Shown here piece after piece: positions 9,534 to 17,273 of a stretch of DNA of 24,000 bases. The position numbers were made by a program, and so were the translations under genes. The notes beneath the pieces were generated by a model, which saw only the letters and a list, made by a program, of their open reading frames with translations, did no database searches and was not told the origin of the DNA. The first letter of the stretch is position 1, and each line of letters opens with the position of its first letter. The stretch covers positions 2,776,518-2,800,517 of the forward strand of contig NZ_JACBZP010000001.1 in NCBI RefSeq assembly GCF_013409065.1, written 5' to 3'. This DNA is from Spelaeicoccus albus (lineage in GTDB: Bacteria > Actinomycetota > Actinomycetes > Actinomycetales > Brevibacteriaceae).

Positions 9534-10786
9534 GACACGTGCCTTTCCGTCGTCGACAGGTCGAGGGTATGTCCGAGCCTGTCGTGCTTTGTCTTGAGAT
9601 AGCGAAGATTCTCGGCCGTCACGTGGGCGGGCGTCCGGGCGACTTCGGCTACGTCGATCCCATCGGCGCGGAGCGTCCCTGCCTTGGCCGGGTTGTGCGT
9701 GAGCAACCGGATCCTCGTCGTGCCGAGGTCGCGGAGCATTGCCGATGCGGCGTGGTACTGACGAGAGTCGACCGGCAGGCCGAGCTCGGTGTTGGCATCG
9801 ACGGTGTCGAGCCCGGCGTCCTGCAGCGCATAGGCCTGGAGCTTGGCGAACAGGCCGATGCCGCGTCCCTCATGGCCGCGCAAGTAGACCACGGCGCCGC
9901 GGCCGAGTGCGGCGATCTCGGCCAACGCCGTGTCCAACTGCGCTCCGCAGTCGCACCGACGCGAGCCGAACACGTCGCCGGTGAGGCATTCCGAATGCAC
10001 GCGGACGGTTGTAGGCTCCGCCGATTCGGTCTCGAGGCCGAGGGTGATGGCCAGATGTTCGTCACCGGTTGACTGGTCGACGTACGCCGTCGCCTGGAAC
10101 GTCGTGGCCGGATTGCCGGCGGACGACGGCAGCGGCACCGTTGCGCCCCGGCGCAACGGCGATTCGACCCGATAGCGATGGGCGACCAGGTCGGCGATGG
10201 AGATCATCGCCAAGCCGTGCTCGTTGGCAAATTCGCGCGTGCTCGGCGCGTCCATGATCGAGCCGTCGTCGTTCGTCAGCTCGCCGATGACGCCGGCCGG
10301 TACGAGGCCGGCCAGCCGGGTGAGATCGACTGCCGCTTCCGTGTGGCCGCGCCGCTCGAACACGCCGTGCTGAGCGGCGCGAAGGGGGAAGACGTGGCCC
10401 GGCCGGGTAAGGTCGTGCGGATCGGTGTCGTCGGAGGCCAGCAGGTTGGCGGTGCGAGCGCGATCGGCTGCCGAGATCCCGGTGGTGATCCCGGCTCGGG
10501 CATCGACCGATACCGAATAGGCGGTGCCCTTCGGGTCTTCGTTGGCAGCGGTCATGGGCGGCAGCGCCAGGGCATCGAGCCGGCCGCCGGGCAACGGCGC
10601 GCAAAGGACGCCGGACGTGTACCGGATGAGGAATGCCACGGTCTCCGGAGTGGCCAGCTGCGCCGAGAGAATGAGATCGCCCTCGTTCTCGCGCCCGGCG
10701 TCGTCGACTACGGCGACGGGCTTCCCCGCGGCCAGGCTCGCCAAGGCGTCGTCCACGGTGTCCAACCGGACGTCGTCGGCCGTCAT
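9530..10786 (-). CDS. ribBA: Bifunctional 3,4-dihydroxy-2-butanone-4-phosphate synthase / GTP cyclohydrolase II
   Basis: The DHBP synthase block RENEGDLI...TAYSVSVD...PGHVFPL is followed by the GCH-II block [21 protein letters not shown]...[12 protein letters not shown]. The true start is ATG 10786 (MTADDVRLD), which overlaps the ribE stop (ATGA). The 706-aa tracked ORF is an Arg-rich over-extension across ribE. Confidence 0.92.
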   Translation of the reverse strand: MTADDVRLDTVDDALASLAAGKPVAVVDDAGRENEGDLILSAQLATPETVAFLIRYTSGVLCAPLPGGRLDALALPPMTAANEDPKGTAYSVSVDARAGITTGISAADRARTANLLASDDTDPHDLTRPGHVFPLRAAQHGVFERRGHTEAAVDLTRLAGLVPAGVIGELTNDDGSIMDAPSTREFANEHGLAMISIADLVAHRYRVESPLRRGATVPLPSSAGNPATTFQATAYVDQSTGDEHLAITLGLETESAEPTTVRVHSECLTGDVFGSRRCDCGAQLDTALAEIAALGRGAVVYLRGHEGRGIGLFAKLQAYALQDAGLDTVDANTELGLPVDSRQYHAASAMLRDLGTTRIRLLTHNPAKAGTLRADGIDVAEVARTPAHVTAENLRYLKTKHDRLGHTLDLSTTERHVS

Positions 10787-11376
10787 GACCGTGCTCCCAG
10801 CGACTCGATGTATTTGGCGAGGATATCCACTTCGAGATTGCAGATGTCGCCGGCGTCGCGGGCGCCCAGTGTCGTCTCGCTCAACGTTGTGGGAATCAGG
10901 CCGACGTCGAACCCGTCGGCAGTGACATGCGCGACCGTCAATGACACGCCGTCCACCGTTACGGAGCCCTTCTCGGCAATATACCGCCGGAGTTCGGCAG
11001 GAACGTCGAACGTGACGGTATCCCAGTTCTCGGCGCTCTGCCGGGAACGCAACATCGCGACGCCGTCCACGTGCCCCTGCACGATATGCCCGCCCAGCCG
11101 TTGGCCGACGGCGACGGCGCGCTCGAGGTTCACGCCGGAGCCCTCGGCCAGGCTGCCGAGGCTCGACCGGTCGAGCGATTCCTTCATCACGTCGACGCTG
11201 AACGAGGTCGGCGTGAAGTCGGTGACCGTGAGACAGACGCCGTTGACCGCAATGGAGTCGCCGTGTTTTGTGTCGTCGGTGACGGCGGCGCATTCGATGG
11301 TCATCCGGGCGCTGTCGCCGGCCTGCGAGTCGATCCGTCGGACGCGTCCGACTTCTTCTACTATTCCGGTGAACAC
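10783..11376 (-). CDS. ribE: Riboflavin synthase (alpha chain)
   Basis: The 197-aa ORF has the MFTGIVEE N-terminus and the duplicated lumazine-binding repeat (GDSIAVNGVCLTV / GSVTVDGVSLTV). It starts at GTG, directly after the ribD TAA. Confidence 0.92.
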   Translation of the reverse strand: MFTGIVEEVGRVRRIDSQAGDSARMTIECAAVTDDTKHGDSIAVNGVCLTVTDFTPTSFSVDVMKESLDRSSLGSLAEGSGVNLERAVAVGQRLGGHIVQGHVDGVAMLRSRQSAENWDTVTFDVPAELRRYIAEKGSVTVDGVSLTVAHVTADGFDVGLIPTTLSETTLGARDAGDICNLEVDILAKYIESLGARS

Positions 11377-12450
11377 TTAAGCAATGCCTTCCTGTGAAAC
11401 GGTGCGTGGTAGGTAAGTCAGGCGGACGTCGTCGCCGATGGGCGCTACATCGTGCAAGCGCCAGCGGGACGCGTCCCGCAGTGTGCCGACGCCGATGTCG
11501 CCGATGAGGGGCCGGCCTGTCCCCAAGAGCGTCGGGGCCACGTAGACGACGATCCTGTCGATCAGGCCGCGTGCCAGAAACTCGCCGGCAACGGTGGGGC
11601 CGCCTTCGAGAAGGGCTCCGCGGTGGCCGCGTGCGTACAAGTCGGCGCATAGTCGATCGAGATCGACGCGGCCGGCCGGATCGGCGCCGAACTCGTCGGT
11701 CGTGCCGATCAAGGTCGGTGCCCGGCCATTGCGGACATTTGCTTCCGGCGGGGTGCGGCCCGAGGAATCAATGACGACGCGCAGGGGCTGGTCGGGCAGT
11801 TCGCGGCCGTCCGGGCCGCGCCGGGTGAGCCGCGGATCGTCGTGCAGCACGGTGCCGATACCCGCGATGACGGCGTCCGCGCGACGCCGCAAGGTTTGGG
11901 CGTCCTGACGTGACGCCTCGCTCGAGATCCATTGCGAGGTGCCGTCGGCTGCCGCAATCCGCCCGTCGAGGGTGGCAGCGGCTTTGTAGGTGACGTGAAT
12001 CCGCTTGGTCTCTTCGGCGATCAGCCATTCGTGATTGGCCTCGCGCGCTTCGGTCTCGCGGACGCCGCGCCGGACGGCGACGCCATGGGCCTCGAGCTGG
12101 TCGCCGCCGCCGGAATGGATCGGATCGGCAACGGCGAAGGCCACGGAGTCAATGCCGGCATCCAGCAGTGCCTGCGTGCACGGGGGAGTGCGGCCTTGGT
12201 GGCGGCACGGTTCGAGAGTGACGACTGCCGTGCCGCCGCGTGCGCGGTCTCCGGCGTTGCGCAGTGCGACGACTTCGGCGTGATCGCTGCCGGCGCGCGC
12301 GTGATATCCGCTGCCGACGACGTTCCCGTCGGCGTCCAGGATCACGGCGCCGACGCGCGGGTTCGGCGCGGTCAGCCCGGCTCCGCGGCGAGATTCGTCG
12401 ACAGCCTGCATCATTGCCGCGTCGATAGCGGTCCGGCCGGCCGGCGTCAT
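11377..12450 (-). CDS. ribD: Bifunctional diaminohydroxyphosphoribosylaminopyrimidine deaminase / 5-amino-6-(5-phosphoribosylamino)uracil reductase
   Basis: The CMP/dCMP-type deaminase zinc motifs HAEV...TLEPCRHQGRTPPC are followed by a RibD_C reductase domain. It is the first gene after the FMN riboswitch. Confidence 0.92.
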   Translation of the reverse strand: MTPAGRTAIDAAMMQAVDESRRGAGLTAPNPRVGAVILDADGNVVGSGYHARAGSDHAEVVALRNAGDRARGGTAVVTLEPCRHQGRTPPCTQALLDAGIDSVAFAVADPIHSGGGDQLEAHGVAVRRGVRETEAREANHEWLIAEETKRIHVTYKAAATLDGRIAAADGTSQWISSEASRQDAQTLRRRADAVIAGIGTVLHDDPRLTRRGPDGRELPDQPLRVVIDSSGRTPPEANVRNGRAPTLIGTTDEFGADPAGRVDLDRLCADLYARGHRGALLEGGPTVAGEFLARGLIDRIVVYVAPTLLGTGRPLIGDIGVGTLRDASRWRLHDVAPIGDDVRLTYLPRTVSQEGIA

Positions 12451-12514
12451 GCGCTTCCCCTTACCGCCCGGGGTGCGCGAGCATTCGCGGTCGTCGACGG
12501 ACGACGGCGCGGTG

Positions 12515-12645
12515 CCGTGTGCTTCCTCCCATCCGGACTTTCACCGTCGGTTTCGGAATTTCACCGAATCAACCGTCCCGTATCGGGAGCGGGTCGCGGA
12601 CTATCACCGCCGGCTCGGATTTTCACCGACCCCGGAGCACTCTGC
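12515..12645 (-). promoter_or_regulatory. FMN riboswitch (RFN element) in the ribD leader
   Basis: The minus strand reads GUGCUCCGGGGUCGGUGAAAAUCCGAGCCGGCGGUGAUAGUCCGCGACCCG...GGUUGAUUCGGUGAAAUUCCGAAACCGACGGUGAAAGUCCGGAUGGGAGGAAGCAC. This matches the conserved RFN blocks (GGGGxxGGUGAAAxUCC, CCGGCGGU, GAUUCGGUGAxAUUCCGAAxCCGACxGUxAAAGUCxGGAUGGGAG) and has P1 closure. It sits 65-70 nt upstream of the ribD ATG. Confidence 0.93.
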
Positions 12646-12650
12646 TTTCC

Positions 12651-12678
12651 ACGATACCCCGAATCGTCGAAGGGTGAA
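12651..12678 (-). promoter_or_regulatory. Candidate rib operon promoter (TTCACC-N16-TATCGT)
   Basis: On the minus strand the -10 box TATCGT (12656-12651) fits the actinobacterial TANNNT pattern. It lies about 10 nt upstream of the riboswitch P1. The -35-like TTCACC (12678-12673) overlaps the foot of the upstream hairpin. Confidence 0.3.
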
Positions 12679-12720
12679 TAGATGCCCGGTTACCGGCCGC
12701 CGGTAACCGGGCATCTATTC
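12676..12720. terminator. Perfect 21-bp hairpin at the 3' end of the permease gene
   Basis: GAATAGATGCCCGGTTACCGG (12676-12696) pairs exactly with CCGGTAACCGGGCATCTATTC (12700-12720) around the loop CCG. The right arm contains the permease stop codon (12715-12717). The element shares its core and left flank with the hairpin at 8966-9013. Confidence 0.65.
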
Positions 12721-14088
12721 ACCCGTCGACGTGGTGGCAGGGCGGTGTCGACGGATCGCCAGGCTCGCCAGTCCGATCAGCAGCCAGACGCCGGCAATGA
12801 TGAGGGCCAAATGGCTGGCCAGAGCGAGTACCGCCACGATGATGGCGATGCCGATGAGGGGGATGACGAGATGGCGGACGGGCCGCGTCGTGCGTTTGCC
12901 GACGATGTAGTACCCGATCACTGACACATGGAGGAAGACGAATGCCGTGAGTGCGCCGACCGTGACCATTGACGACAACAGGTCGAGGCCGTCGGGGCGG
13001 ACCGCGGCGGCGACGGCGATGACGATCGTGGCGGCCGCCGAAACGACTATGGCAACCCGCGGCGTGTGGCTGCGCGGGCTGATTTTGGCAAGGGCGCCCG
13101 GAAGCTGACCGTCCCGGGCCATTCCGTACATCAGCCTGCTGACGGCCGCTTGGGCGACAAGCGCCGAGAAGACGGGGCCGACAGCCTTGGTGATGGTGAC
13201 TGTCGTGCCGAACCAGCCGCCGATCGAGGACGAAAGCATGCTGTAGAACGCCGTTCCCTGGTCGGCCGGATGCGCGGTCAATTCCTGCGGCGTGGTGTGG
13301 ATCAACAAACTGCCCAGATAGGTCTGAGCCACGAAGAGCAGTCCGGCCAGACCAAGACAAAACAGAAGTGCCTGCCCGACTTGCTTCGTCGACCCGGTGG
13401 TCTCTTCGGCGAAGCTGGCGATCGCATCGAACCCGAGAAATGCCAGCACTGCGACCGAGACGGCCCCGATGATTCCCGCCGGCTCGAACCCGTGGAAGCC
13501 GATCAAGGGGGACAGCCATGGGCGCGCCGGACCCTGTGCGGCGATGACGATGACTGCCGCGACGGTGAACGCCGCCAGCACAACTATCTCGATGCCCACC
13601 ATCACCAGCCCGACGGTGGCGGCGAGTTTCACGCCGCCCAGATTGAGGCCGGTAATGATGATGATGCCAATCACCGTGAACAGCCAGACCGGAACACTCG
13701 GGATCAGTGCGTGGCTGGCGATTCCGGTGAACAGCGCGGCCATGCTGGGGATGAACAGGTAGTCGAGACCGATCATCCACCCGGCGATGAAACCGGGAGC
13801 GCGCCCGAGACCGGCAGTGGCGTAGGCGAACACCGACCCGGCCAGCGGTACGGCCCCCGACATTCGTGCATACGACCAGGCGGTGAACGCCATGGCAACT
13901 GTCGCAATGATGAAAACCAGTCCGACGGCGCCGTGGCTGCGGGCGTCGAGCACCCCGAAAGTGCCCATCGGTGCGGTCGGGCCGATGAACAACAGGCCGT
14001 AGACGACGAGGTCGCGGAGCGACAGGCTCCGCTTCAGTCGCGGCGCACCGGCGGGACCCGAGGCGGAATCGTCCTTGGCAGTGCGCAC
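12715..14088 (-). CDS. APC-superfamily amino acid / polyamine permease
   Basis: The 457-aa ORF has about 12 hydrophobic spans. Its N-terminal signature is LKRSLSLRDLVVYGLLFIGPTAPMGTFG...AFTAWSYARMSGAVPLAGSVFAYA, typical of APC permeases (PuuP/amino-acid permease-like). It starts at GTG 14088, 9 nt after the stop of the small upstream ORF. Confidence 0.85.
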   Translation of the reverse strand: MRTAKDDSASGPAGAPRLKRSLSLRDLVVYGLLFIGPTAPMGTFGVLDARSHGAVGLVFIIATVAMAFTAWSYARMSGAVPLAGSVFAYATAGLGRAPGFIAGWMIGLDYLFIPSMAALFTGIASHALIPSVPVWLFTVIGIIIITGLNLGGVKLAATVGLVMVGIEIVVLAAFTVAAVIVIAAQGPARPWLSPLIGFHGFEPAGIIGAVSVAVLAFLGFDAIASFAEETTGSTKQVGQALLFCLGLAGLLFVAQTYLGSLLIHTTPQELTAHPADQGTAFYSMLSSSIGGWFGTTVTITKAVGPVFSALVAQAAVSRLMYGMARDGQLPGALAKISPRSHTPRVAIVVSAAATIVIAVAAAVRPDGLDLLSSMVTVGALTAFVFLHVSVIGYYIVGKRTTRPVRHLVIPLIGIAIIVAVLALASHLALIIAGVWLLIGLASLAIRRHRPATTSTGE

Positions 14089-14097
14089 GCGCGCAGT

Positions 14098-14262
14098 TTA
14101 CCTGCTGATCAGGCCCGCGCTGTCATGGGCGACGATGCTGCGTTCGCGATCATTCATCCTGCCGACGACCGGCCATCCGGCCAATTTGCTTCGGCGGATA
14201 TCGATGATCTTGCGGCCGGCGATTTCAACGGTGATGAGGGATTTGGACTTCGAGTGAGCCAT
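14098..14262 (-). CDS. Small basic hypothetical protein (54 aa), not in the supplied ORF track
   Basis: My translation is MAHSKSKSLITVEIAGRKIIDIRRSKLAGWPVVGRMNDRERSIVAHDSAGLISR, ending in TAA. A perfect AAGGAG Shine-Dalgarno sits 5 nt upstream of the ATG, inside the last codons of the ArsR gene. Third-codon-position GC is about 75-80%, consistent with real coding sequence in this genome. The ORF is wedged between the regulator stop (2 nt upstream) and the permease start (9 nt downstream). I recognise no family. Confidence 0.55.
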   Translation of the reverse strand: MAHSKSKSLITVEIAGRKIIDIRRSKLAGWPVVGRMNDRERSIVAHDSAGLISR

Positions 14263-14264
14263 TT

Positions 14265-14882
14265 TTACTCCTTATTACTCTTTGGGTGGTCTGCGGTGTT
14301 TTGGGACGGACGATGGACAAGGCGGGAGAATCCGAAGAACCGGACGAACTCCGCGTCGCCGGGCTTATCCGCCCGCGGCGAGAGACGATCGTCATATTCG
14401 GCCAACAGGTTTTCGACGTCGCGATTGAACTTGGCGCTCTCATCCGGAGTCAGCCACGCGACCCGGGATGCGAAGAGGAGCGATTCGCGCCACTGCCGCG
14501 GTATCAGCCGGCGTTCCGTCACCCACTGACTCAGCCTGGTCGATTCGTGGATGGCGGTGGCCTCGTCGAAAGCGTCGCCGGCGGCGCTTCCGGACTCGTC
14601 GTCCGTGGGATCGACCCAGACGGCGCGTTCAACTCGGCGCCACGGGCGTTCTTTGCCTTCGCGCCCAGCAGCTTCGACAAATCCGTGTTTGGCCAGGGTG
14701 CGCAAATGGAATGAGCAGTTTTGCGGGCTTTCGCCGACCAGCGGGGCGCACTCGGTGGCGGTCGCCGTGTCCCGCGCCGCGAGGACCTCGAGCAGGGCCA
14801 GACGTACCGGATGGCTGAGTGCCCGGATGTCCTTCGGATCGCGCGCGTGGCGCTGCTTTCCGGAGCCTGGGTCGTCTGTCAT
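14265..14882 (-). CDS. ArsR-family winged-helix transcriptional regulator with a C-terminal extension
   Basis: The 205-aa ORF has an N-terminal ArsR-type wHTH, IRALSHPVRLALLEVLAARDTATATECAPLVGESPQNCSFHLRTLAKHGFVE, followed by about 110 aa of unassigned sequence. No Shine-Dalgarno precedes the ATG, which suggests a leaderless transcript. Confidence 0.8.
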   Translation of the reverse strand: MTDDPGSGKQRHARDPKDIRALSHPVRLALLEVLAARDTATATECAPLVGESPQNCSFHLRTLAKHGFVEAAGREGKERPWRRVERAVWVDPTDDESGSAAGDAFDEATAIHESTRLSQWVTERRLIPRQWRESLLFASRVAWLTPDESAKFNRDVENLLAEYDDRLSPRADKPGDAEFVRFFGFSRLVHRPSQNTADHPKSNKE

Positions 14883-14888
14883 GCTTCA

Positions 14889-14928
14889 ATGATAAAACGC
14901 GAAAGAACTCTTTCGAAACAATTCTTTC
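14889..14928 (-). promoter_or_regulatory. Candidate leaderless promoter (-10 TATCAT) plus two tandem 14-bp palindromic operator-like boxes
   Basis: On the minus strand, TATCAT (14894-14889) ends 6 nt before the A of the ArsR ATG (14882). That is the geometry of actinobacterial leaderless mRNAs. Immediately upstream lie GAAAGAGTTCTTTC (14914-14901, a perfect 6-2-6 palindrome) and GAAAGAATTGTTTC (14928-14915), which are 12 of 14 identical. The segment is AT-rich within a GC-rich genome. Confidence 0.4.
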
Positions 14929-15083
14929 ATGAGTTCGGTCACAGGACGGCAATTCGGCGAGATCCGTTTTTCGATTCGACTGTCATCGAGCCGCGCTGTC
15001 CGACCCGGCAAGGCCGCGTAGATGCCAACGGCTCGAACCTCGACCGACAGCGAAGGTGGGCAAGGGTCCGAGCCTGGTGAGTG

Positions 15084-15160
15084 TGGTGGGCCCAGAGGGA
15101 CTCGAACCCCCGACATCCACGGTGTAAACGTGGCGCTCTAACCAACTGAGCTATAGGCCC
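15084..15160 (-). tRNA. tRNA-Val (anticodon TAC), CCA encoded
   Basis: The minus strand reads GGGCCTATAGCTCAGTTGGTTAGAGCGCCACGTTTACACCGTGGATGTCGGGGGTTCGAGTCCCTCTGGGCCCACCA. It folds as a cloverleaf with a 7-bp acceptor stem, GCTC/GAGC D stem, CCACG/CGTGG anticodon stem, TTTACAC loop (anticodon TAC) and a GGTTCGAGT T-loop. Without the CCA the gene spans 15087-15160. Confidence 0.93.
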
Positions 15161-15253
15161 GCATCTGTGCGGTGTCGACCGAGTGGCTCTCATGCGCAGG
15201 CGACGATTGATTGTTCCATATTATCCGGCGTCGCGGCTACTCGAACTTCGCCG

Positions 15254-15282
15254 TTGACCGGCTTTCGGCGACGATCTAGCCT
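15254..15282 (+). promoter_or_regulatory. Candidate promoter TTGACC-N17-TAGCCT for the acyl-CoA dehydrogenase operon
   Basis: TTGACC lies at 15254-15259, followed by a 17-nt spacer and TAGCCT at 15277-15282 (TANNNT pattern). The element is about 70 nt upstream of ATG 15353. Confidence 0.3.
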
Positions 15283-15352
15283 GAAAGCAACGAGTCGAAG
15301 CGGCCCGCGTGACGCGTGTGGGAGTGGCTATGGCACAGGGTGGGACGTGACC

Positions 15353-16498
15353 ATGGACTTCGGCTTCAGCTCAGACCAAGAGACCTTCCGAGCAAGTGTC
15401 CGCGAGTTCGCCCGGAGCACACTGGCCCCGCATGACGCCGAGGACGACGTGAACGGCGCCATGCGCCCGGAGATGCCCCGCCAAATGGCGAACATCGGCT
15501 TGACCGGCCTTCGTATTCCGGACAAGTACGGCGGGCAGGGCGCCGGCGCCCTCGAGGTCGGCATTGCTGCCGAAGAGGTCGCCCGCGCCGATCTGAACGC
15601 CTGTTACCTGATCGTCAATTCCACTCTCGTCAGTGAGATCATGCTCGGCGCGGCCGACGCTGACCAATGCCGTCGGTGGCTGCCCTCGATCGCCGACGGC
15701 AGTACCATTCCGGCGCTCGTGCTCACCGAGCCCGAACACGGATCGGATGCGGCGAGCCTGACCGTGAAAGCCGAGCCGGACGCCGGCGGATGGCGACTCA
15801 CCGGCGAGAAGACGTCCATCACCATGGGCATGTACGCCGACGTCGGCGTCGTCCTTGCGCGAACCGGGAATGCCGGGCCATCCGGCGTCAGCGCGTTCAT
15901 CGTCGACTTGGACGACGGGCACATCACCCGCTCGGTGTTCGACGATCTCGGCAACAGACCGATCGGCAGGGCCTCCATCTACTTTGACGGAATGCCAGTG
16001 CCCCGCGACGGCTTGCTCGGCGCCGAAGGCAGCGGATTCACCTCGGCCATGCGCGGCTTCGACTACTCCCGCGCGGTCATGGCCCTGGCGTGCCTCGGGA
16101 CCGCGGCGGCCGCGCTGGACGACGCAATCGGTTACGCCCGGATTCGCACTGCCTTCGGCGCGCCGATCGGCACGAACGAAGGCGTCGCGTTCCCGCTCGT
16201 TGAATGCGCCACGCGCCTGCGCGCGGCACGACTGCTCTGCTATGAAGCGCTGTGGCGCAAGGATCAGGGCATGCCGCACACCGTTGAAGCGAACATGGTC
16301 AAGTGGCTTGCCCCGAAGCTCGCCGTCGAGATCGTCCATCAGTCGCTTTTGACGTTCGGGCATACCGGATATTCGTCGGACAATCCGCAAGGTCGCAGGC
16401 TGCGCGACGTGATTGGCCTCGAGATCGGCGACGGCACCGCACAGATCACCAAGCTCGTAGTGGCACGCAATCTCCTCGGACGCGCAGCCGCACCGTGA
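15353..16498 (+). CDS. Acyl-CoA dehydrogenase family protein
   Basis: The ACAD fold motifs are TEPEHGSDAASL, GEKTSITMG and a C-terminal helix bundle ending RDVIGLEIGDGTAQITKLVVAR. I place the start at ATG 15353 (MDFGFSSDQETFR). The tracked 15167 start would run into the tRNA promoter region. Confidence 0.88.
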   Translation: MDFGFSSDQETFRASVREFARSTLAPHDAEDDVNGAMRPEMPRQMANIGLTGLRIPDKYGGQGAGALEVGIAAEEVARADLNACYLIVNSTLVSEIMLGAADADQCRRWLPSIADGSTIPALVLTEPEHGSDAASLTVKAEPDAGGWRLTGEKTSITMGMYADVGVVLARTGNAGPSGVSAFIVDLDDGHITRSVFDDLGNRPIGRASIYFDGMPVPRDGLLGAEGSGFTSAMRGFDYSRAVMALACLGTAAAALDDAIGYARIRTAFGAPIGTNEGVAFPLVECATRLRAARLLCYEALWRKDQGMPHTVEANMVKWLAPKLAVEIVHQSLLTFGHTGYSSDNPQGRRLRDVIGLEIGDGTAQITKLVVARNLLGRAAAP

Positions 16499-16541
16499 CG
16501 GACGTCGCCGTGCGGACCGCAATTGCAGAAAGGTCGGAACA

Positions 16542-17273
16542 ATGTCGAGGCAGCTGGCAATAGTGACCGGCGCGGGTTCGGGCATCGGCCGCGCCATTGC
16601 GTGGAAATTCGCCGATGCGGGCTACCAGGTGGTCGGTGCAGATCTCAACGACGATGCGGCGGCCGAATCCGCCGCCAAGTACCCCGACATGATGACCGCC
16701 GAGCACGTGGACGTCGCGGACGCCGAATCCGTCACCTCGCTCTGCCGTGCCGTGACCGCTATCGGGACGCCGGCGACAATCGTTAACGCGGCAGGCTGGG
16801 ACAGAACCGACAAATTCATCAACGAGGACGCCGAATTCGCCCGGAAAGTGGTCGAGATTAACTACCTCGGTCCCGTGGCCATGTGCCGGGAATTCGCCCG
16901 AGTCATGATCGATGCCGGACGCGGCGGACGCATCGTCAACATTGCCAGCGACGCCGGCCGCGTCGGAAGCGCGGGGGAGACCATCTACGCCGGCGCCAAG
17001 GGCGGCGTCATTGCATTCACCAAGTCCTTGGCGCGCGAACTGGCTCGAGACGGTATCAACGTCAACTGCGTGTGCCCCGGCCCGACCGACACGCCCTTGT
17101 TCGCCGCGCAGCCGGAGCATTTGCGCCAAGCGCTCATCAAATCGATACCGTTCCGACGAGTGGCCGAACCGTCGGAAATCGCGGACGCCGTATATTTCTT
17201 CGCGTCGCCGGCATCCCGCTACGTGACGGGGCAGATCCTCAGCGTCGATGGCGGGCTGACCATGGCGGGGTGA
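16542..17273 (+). CDS. SDR-family oxidoreductase (3-hydroxyacyl-CoA / 3-oxoacyl reductase type; possibly BadH-like)
   Basis: The ORF has TGAGSGIGRA (Rossmann motif), NAAGWD, the catalytic S...YAGAKGG and PGPTDTP. The BadH-like comparison rests on my recollection of that family and is not a database result. Confidence 0.85.
   Translation: MSRQLAIVTGAGSGIGRAIAWKFADAGYQVVGADLNDDAAAESAAKYPDMMTAEHVDVADAESVTSLCRAVTAIGTPATIVNAAGWDRTDKFINEDAEFARKVVEINYLGPVAMCREFARVMIDAGRGGRIVNIASDAGRVGSAGETIYAGAKGGVIAFTKSLARELARDGINVNCVCPGPTDTPLFAAQPEHLRQALIKSIPFRRVAEPSEIADAVYFFASPASRYVTGQILSVDGGLTMAG

Noticed and set aside
10178-11380. A 400-aa plus-strand ORF, plus the 353-aa alternative-frame ORF at 12719-13780
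   Set aside because: The first is antisense to ribBA and ribE. The second is an out-of-frame overlap of the permease gene on the same strand, Arg/Pro/Gly-rich and with no membrane spans. Neither has start-site support.
10787-11650. The N-terminal 288 aa of the tracked 706-aa ribBA ORF
   Set aside because: It is extremely Arg-rich (RRRPHRCRR...) and overlaps ribE and the ribD 3' end in another frame. The DHBP synthase domain begins at MTADDV (ATG 10786), which overlaps the ribE stop in an ATGA coupling arrangement.
13066-14529. A 487-aa plus-strand ORF spanning the permease, the small ORF and the ArsR gene
   Set aside because: It is antisense to three well-supported minus-strand genes. Its composition is highly charged and Arg/Asp/Gly-rich, it has no Shine-Dalgarno, and it crosses gene boundaries of the opposite strand.
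15031-15046. A T-arm-like fragment (GGCTCGAACCTCGACC) about 40 nt downstream of tRNA-Val, resembling the tRNA's GACTCGAACCCCCGAC, which might be a second tRNA or an att remnant
   Set aside because: The surrounding sequence does not fold into a cloverleaf, having no acceptor or anticodon stems. The match is short and GC-rich, so chance similarity or an ancient decayed duplicate cannot be distinguished.
12676-15160. A genomic island integrated at the 3' end of tRNA-Val (ArsR / small ORF / permease as cargo)
   Set aside because: There is no integrase or recombinase. I found no direct repeat of the tRNA 3' end at the far boundary near 12680-12720. The coding GC content and codon bias look native.
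15371-16597. A 408-aa minus-strand ORF
   Set aside because: It is antisense to the acyl-CoA dehydrogenase, which has clear ACAD motifs. It is a shadow ORF.
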